This document shows positions 62,324 to 64,000 of a stretch of 64,000 nt of DNA, piece after piece. Origin of the DNA: a virus (Duplodnaviria > Caudoviricetes). How positions within the stretch are numbered: the stretch's first letter is position 1; every line of letters starts with the position of its first letter. The translations under genes were made by a program, and so were the position numbers. The notes below the pieces were generated by a model. That model saw nothing but the letters and a program-made list of their open reading frames with translations, searched no databases and was not told where the DNA came from. The stretch covers positions 64,001 through 128,000 of the IMG/VR virus record IMGVR_UViG_3300013936_000011. The stretch is one strand, 5' to 3'.

Positions 62324-62560
62324 ATGATATTTTATAATTTTAGATATAGAGGACCATATGAATACGATAAATACGTCTTAAATGTTCTTCAATATAGCAA
62401 TATGGTTAATGATTTTATACATGATATTAATAATACTGCTACATGGAAGACCTTGTATGATTTAAACAATGAAGTTAATGACATATATAATAAAACAATT
62501 GGAGATGGTGGAAGATCTGATATGATATACGAAACACTAATCCTTAATAGAGGTGATTAA
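62324..62560 (+). CDS. Small hypothetical protein (RYRGP motif)
   Basis: 78 aa, strong SD AAGGAGG; NFRYRGPYEYDKY followed by a helix. Confidence 0.55.
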   Translation: MIFYNFRYRGPYEYDKYVLNVLQYSNMVNDFIHDINNTATWKTLYDLNNEVNDIYNKTIGDGGRSDMIYETLILNRGD

Positions 62561-62562
62561 TA

Positions 62563-63675
62563 GTGATAAATAAAATGAGTTCACAAGAACTAAATCAAAT
62601 ATTTGAAGATGTAAAGAAAAAACAAGATGAAGCTTTAATACTTATTCAGAACATGAAAAATGATATAAATAAAAAGCTTATGATAAAAAATTATGCCGAC
62701 GAGTTTATAGACCAGAAACTAGATAGTATTAATGCTGGTGTAGTATCTAATCAAAACATAGTTAATTTCACATCTAATGAATTAGCTGGTATATATAATA
62801 AATATGGTTGCATGGTTCATCCTAAATTCAAGAATGATCCTGTCGATATATTTAATTTAAAGGTAGCATCAGGTACTATATCAAACATAATGTTTAAACA
62901 GTCTATGACTTGTAAGGTAAATGATATTGAAAATGAGGAATATATCAATTTATTAAAATCTGATTCTTTAATAGATAAAGAAATAGTATTTGATGAATTG
63001 AATATAGATACAATAACTATATCATACGAGCTTGATAATTCATTAGCTCTTGGTACTTCAAGATTTAATGTTATAGAAATAGATCCATATATAAAAGGAG
63101 CATATAGCCTTACTTCTTTAGAATGTTATGCACTTGACACTACAGGTAATTTATCTAGTACACCAATTACTACAGTTCAAGGATTTGACAATATTGGTAA
63201 AACTAGAATCATACTTGACAAGAAAGTAAAATTCTCTAAAGTCGTTATGACTTTCAAAATCAATTTCTCTACAGAAGTAAATAACATATCTGTGTATCCT
63301 TTCGGTTTAAAACATATATACTTTATGGAAGCTGATTTCCTAGCAGACACTTCTTTTGTAATAGTTCCTATAATAGCTGATGACTTTATTGAATATATCT
63401 ACAATGATATAGTTTTATATACTGCTAATGGTAAGTTTAAAACTACATGTGATATGTACGACATAGAACTTTATACTAATTATTCTAATAATACATTAAC
63501 TGGTAGAGTTTATACTTCATCAGAAGCTTCTATTAATAGAATATCTAAGAACACTAATAAATTGTATGCTAAAATTCCTCTTGTTAAGAAGAACGTCGCG
63601 AACGACGATAAAGAATACTTAAGCTTAAACGGTATTGAATTTAACTTCATAGTTAATGAAGAAATTATCTTATAA
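62563..63675 (+). CDS. Hypothetical virion protein with helical N-terminus
   Basis: MSSQELNQIFEDVKK coiled coil, FNVIEIDP beta-rich body; GTG start with SD GAGGTG. Confidence 0.5.
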   Translation: MINKMSSQELNQIFEDVKKKQDEALILIQNMKNDINKKLMIKNYADEFIDQKLDSINAGVVSNQNIVNFTSNELAGIYNKYGCMVHPKFKNDPVDIFNLKVASGTISNIMFKQSMTCKVNDIENEEYINLLKSDSLIDKEIVFDELNIDTITISYELDNSLALGTSRFNVIEIDPYIKGAYSLTSLECYALDTTGNLSSTPITTVQGFDNIGKTRIILDKKVKFSKVVMTFKINFSTEVNNISVYPFGLKHIYFMEADFLADTSFVIVPIIADDFIEYIYNDIVLYTANGKFKTTCDMYDIELYTNYSNNTLTGRVYTSSEASINRISKNTNKLYAKIPLVKKNVANDDKEYLSLNGIEFNFIVNEEIIL

Positions 63676-63686
63676 GGAGTGATACA

Positions 63687-64000
63687 ATGCTTACAAAGAA
63701 ACAGACTTTAGATACAATTAAAAAGACATTAAGCTTATATAAAACCAATGTCTTAGATAATGTTTATGCAAAAACAGAATATGTAGATTCTAAAGCTTTG
63801 CCAATAATACTTATAAATGACGAGAATAAAACTGGTTCTGCTTTATTCCCATTATTACCTGAACATAATTTAGTATTCATTGCAGGAGATGCTCAAATAC
63901 CAGATAGTAATGGAGACATTACAACAATATACGGTCTATGTTATTCAGATTTACAAGATGATGGAAGTAAATTAATTACTGAATATAGAACTGGTAAAGC
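63687..64000 (+). CDS. Third MLTKxQT-family fibre/RBP gene (3'-truncated, absent from the ORF track)
   Basis: SD AAGGAGTG, ATG 63687; hand translation MLTKKQTLDTIKKTLSLYKTNVLDNVYAKTEYVDSKALPIILIND... stays open to the window end. Confidence 0.88.
   Translation, partial: MLTKKQTLDTIKKTLSLYKTNVLDNVYAKTEYVDSKALPIILINDENKTGSALFPLLPEHNLVFIAGDAQIPDSNGDITTIYGLCYSDLQDDGSKLITEYRTGK

Larger units (their letters stand above)
1..64000 (+). mobile_element. Jumbo contractile-tail phage genome segment: baseplate / tail fibre / receptor-binding module
   Basis: 30 co-oriented, tightly packed genes, several >1600 aa; gp25-like and baseplate J-like genes, fibre repeats, S74- and G2-type chaperone domains; no bacterial housekeeping genes. 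Confidence 0.93.

Noticed and set aside
1-64000. Genome-wide stop-codon reassignment (code 15 or 4) as in some gut jumbo phages
   Set aside because: Code 11 already gives near-complete coding density with multi-kb ORFs; 10 of 11 TAG stops are followed by out-of-frame genes with their own SD.
1-64000. CRISPR arrays, tRNA/rRNA/ncRNA genes, introns, inteins
   Set aside because: The largest intergenic gap is 110 nt and is explained by a terminator and SD; no repeat-spacer pattern, cloverleaf, intein termini or homing endonuclease motifs seen by eye.

Overview
AT-rich (roughly 30% GC by eye), gene-dense window with 30 genes, all on the + strand (the first and last are cut by the window edges). 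It is the baseplate, tail-fibre and receptor-binding region of a very large (jumbo-type) contractile-tailed phage. Strong GGAGG/GGTGA Shine-Dalgarno sites, an SH3b domain and Firmicutes siphophage-type tail-tip proteins point to a Bacillota (probably Clostridia) host. Gene order: baseplate core (giant hub, split spike, gp25-like, minimal J-like, giant wedge protein, accessory proteins, 1-19.7 kb); two fibre genes and an SH3b protein (19.7-24 kb); a siphovirus-style tail-tip cassette ending in a DUF859-like/peptidase S74 fibre (24.1-33.6 kb); an adaptor, an LTD-metallophosphoesterase and a 2836-aa LamG-CotH-kinase-like-LRR protein (33.6-45.3 kb); a five-repeat FN3-like giant and further fibre/baseplate proteins including a peptidase G2-type fibre (45.3-58.2 kb); five proteins with related helical N-termini and a third fibre paralogue (58.2-64 kb). 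Most notable: (1) a candidate virion-borne CotH-like kinase next to a metallophosphoesterase; (2) a set of short peptide motifs that look like a plug-and-socket code for a branched receptor-binding apparatus; (3) three genes sharing an MLTKxQT N-terminal anchor, one missed by the ORF track; (4) a GTAATA candidate late-promoter element directly after terminators; (5) a baseplate J gene that appears to need an ATT start or amber readthrough. All family assignments come from motif recognition by eye, without database searches. I saw no RNA genes, CRISPR arrays, integrases or reverse transcriptase.
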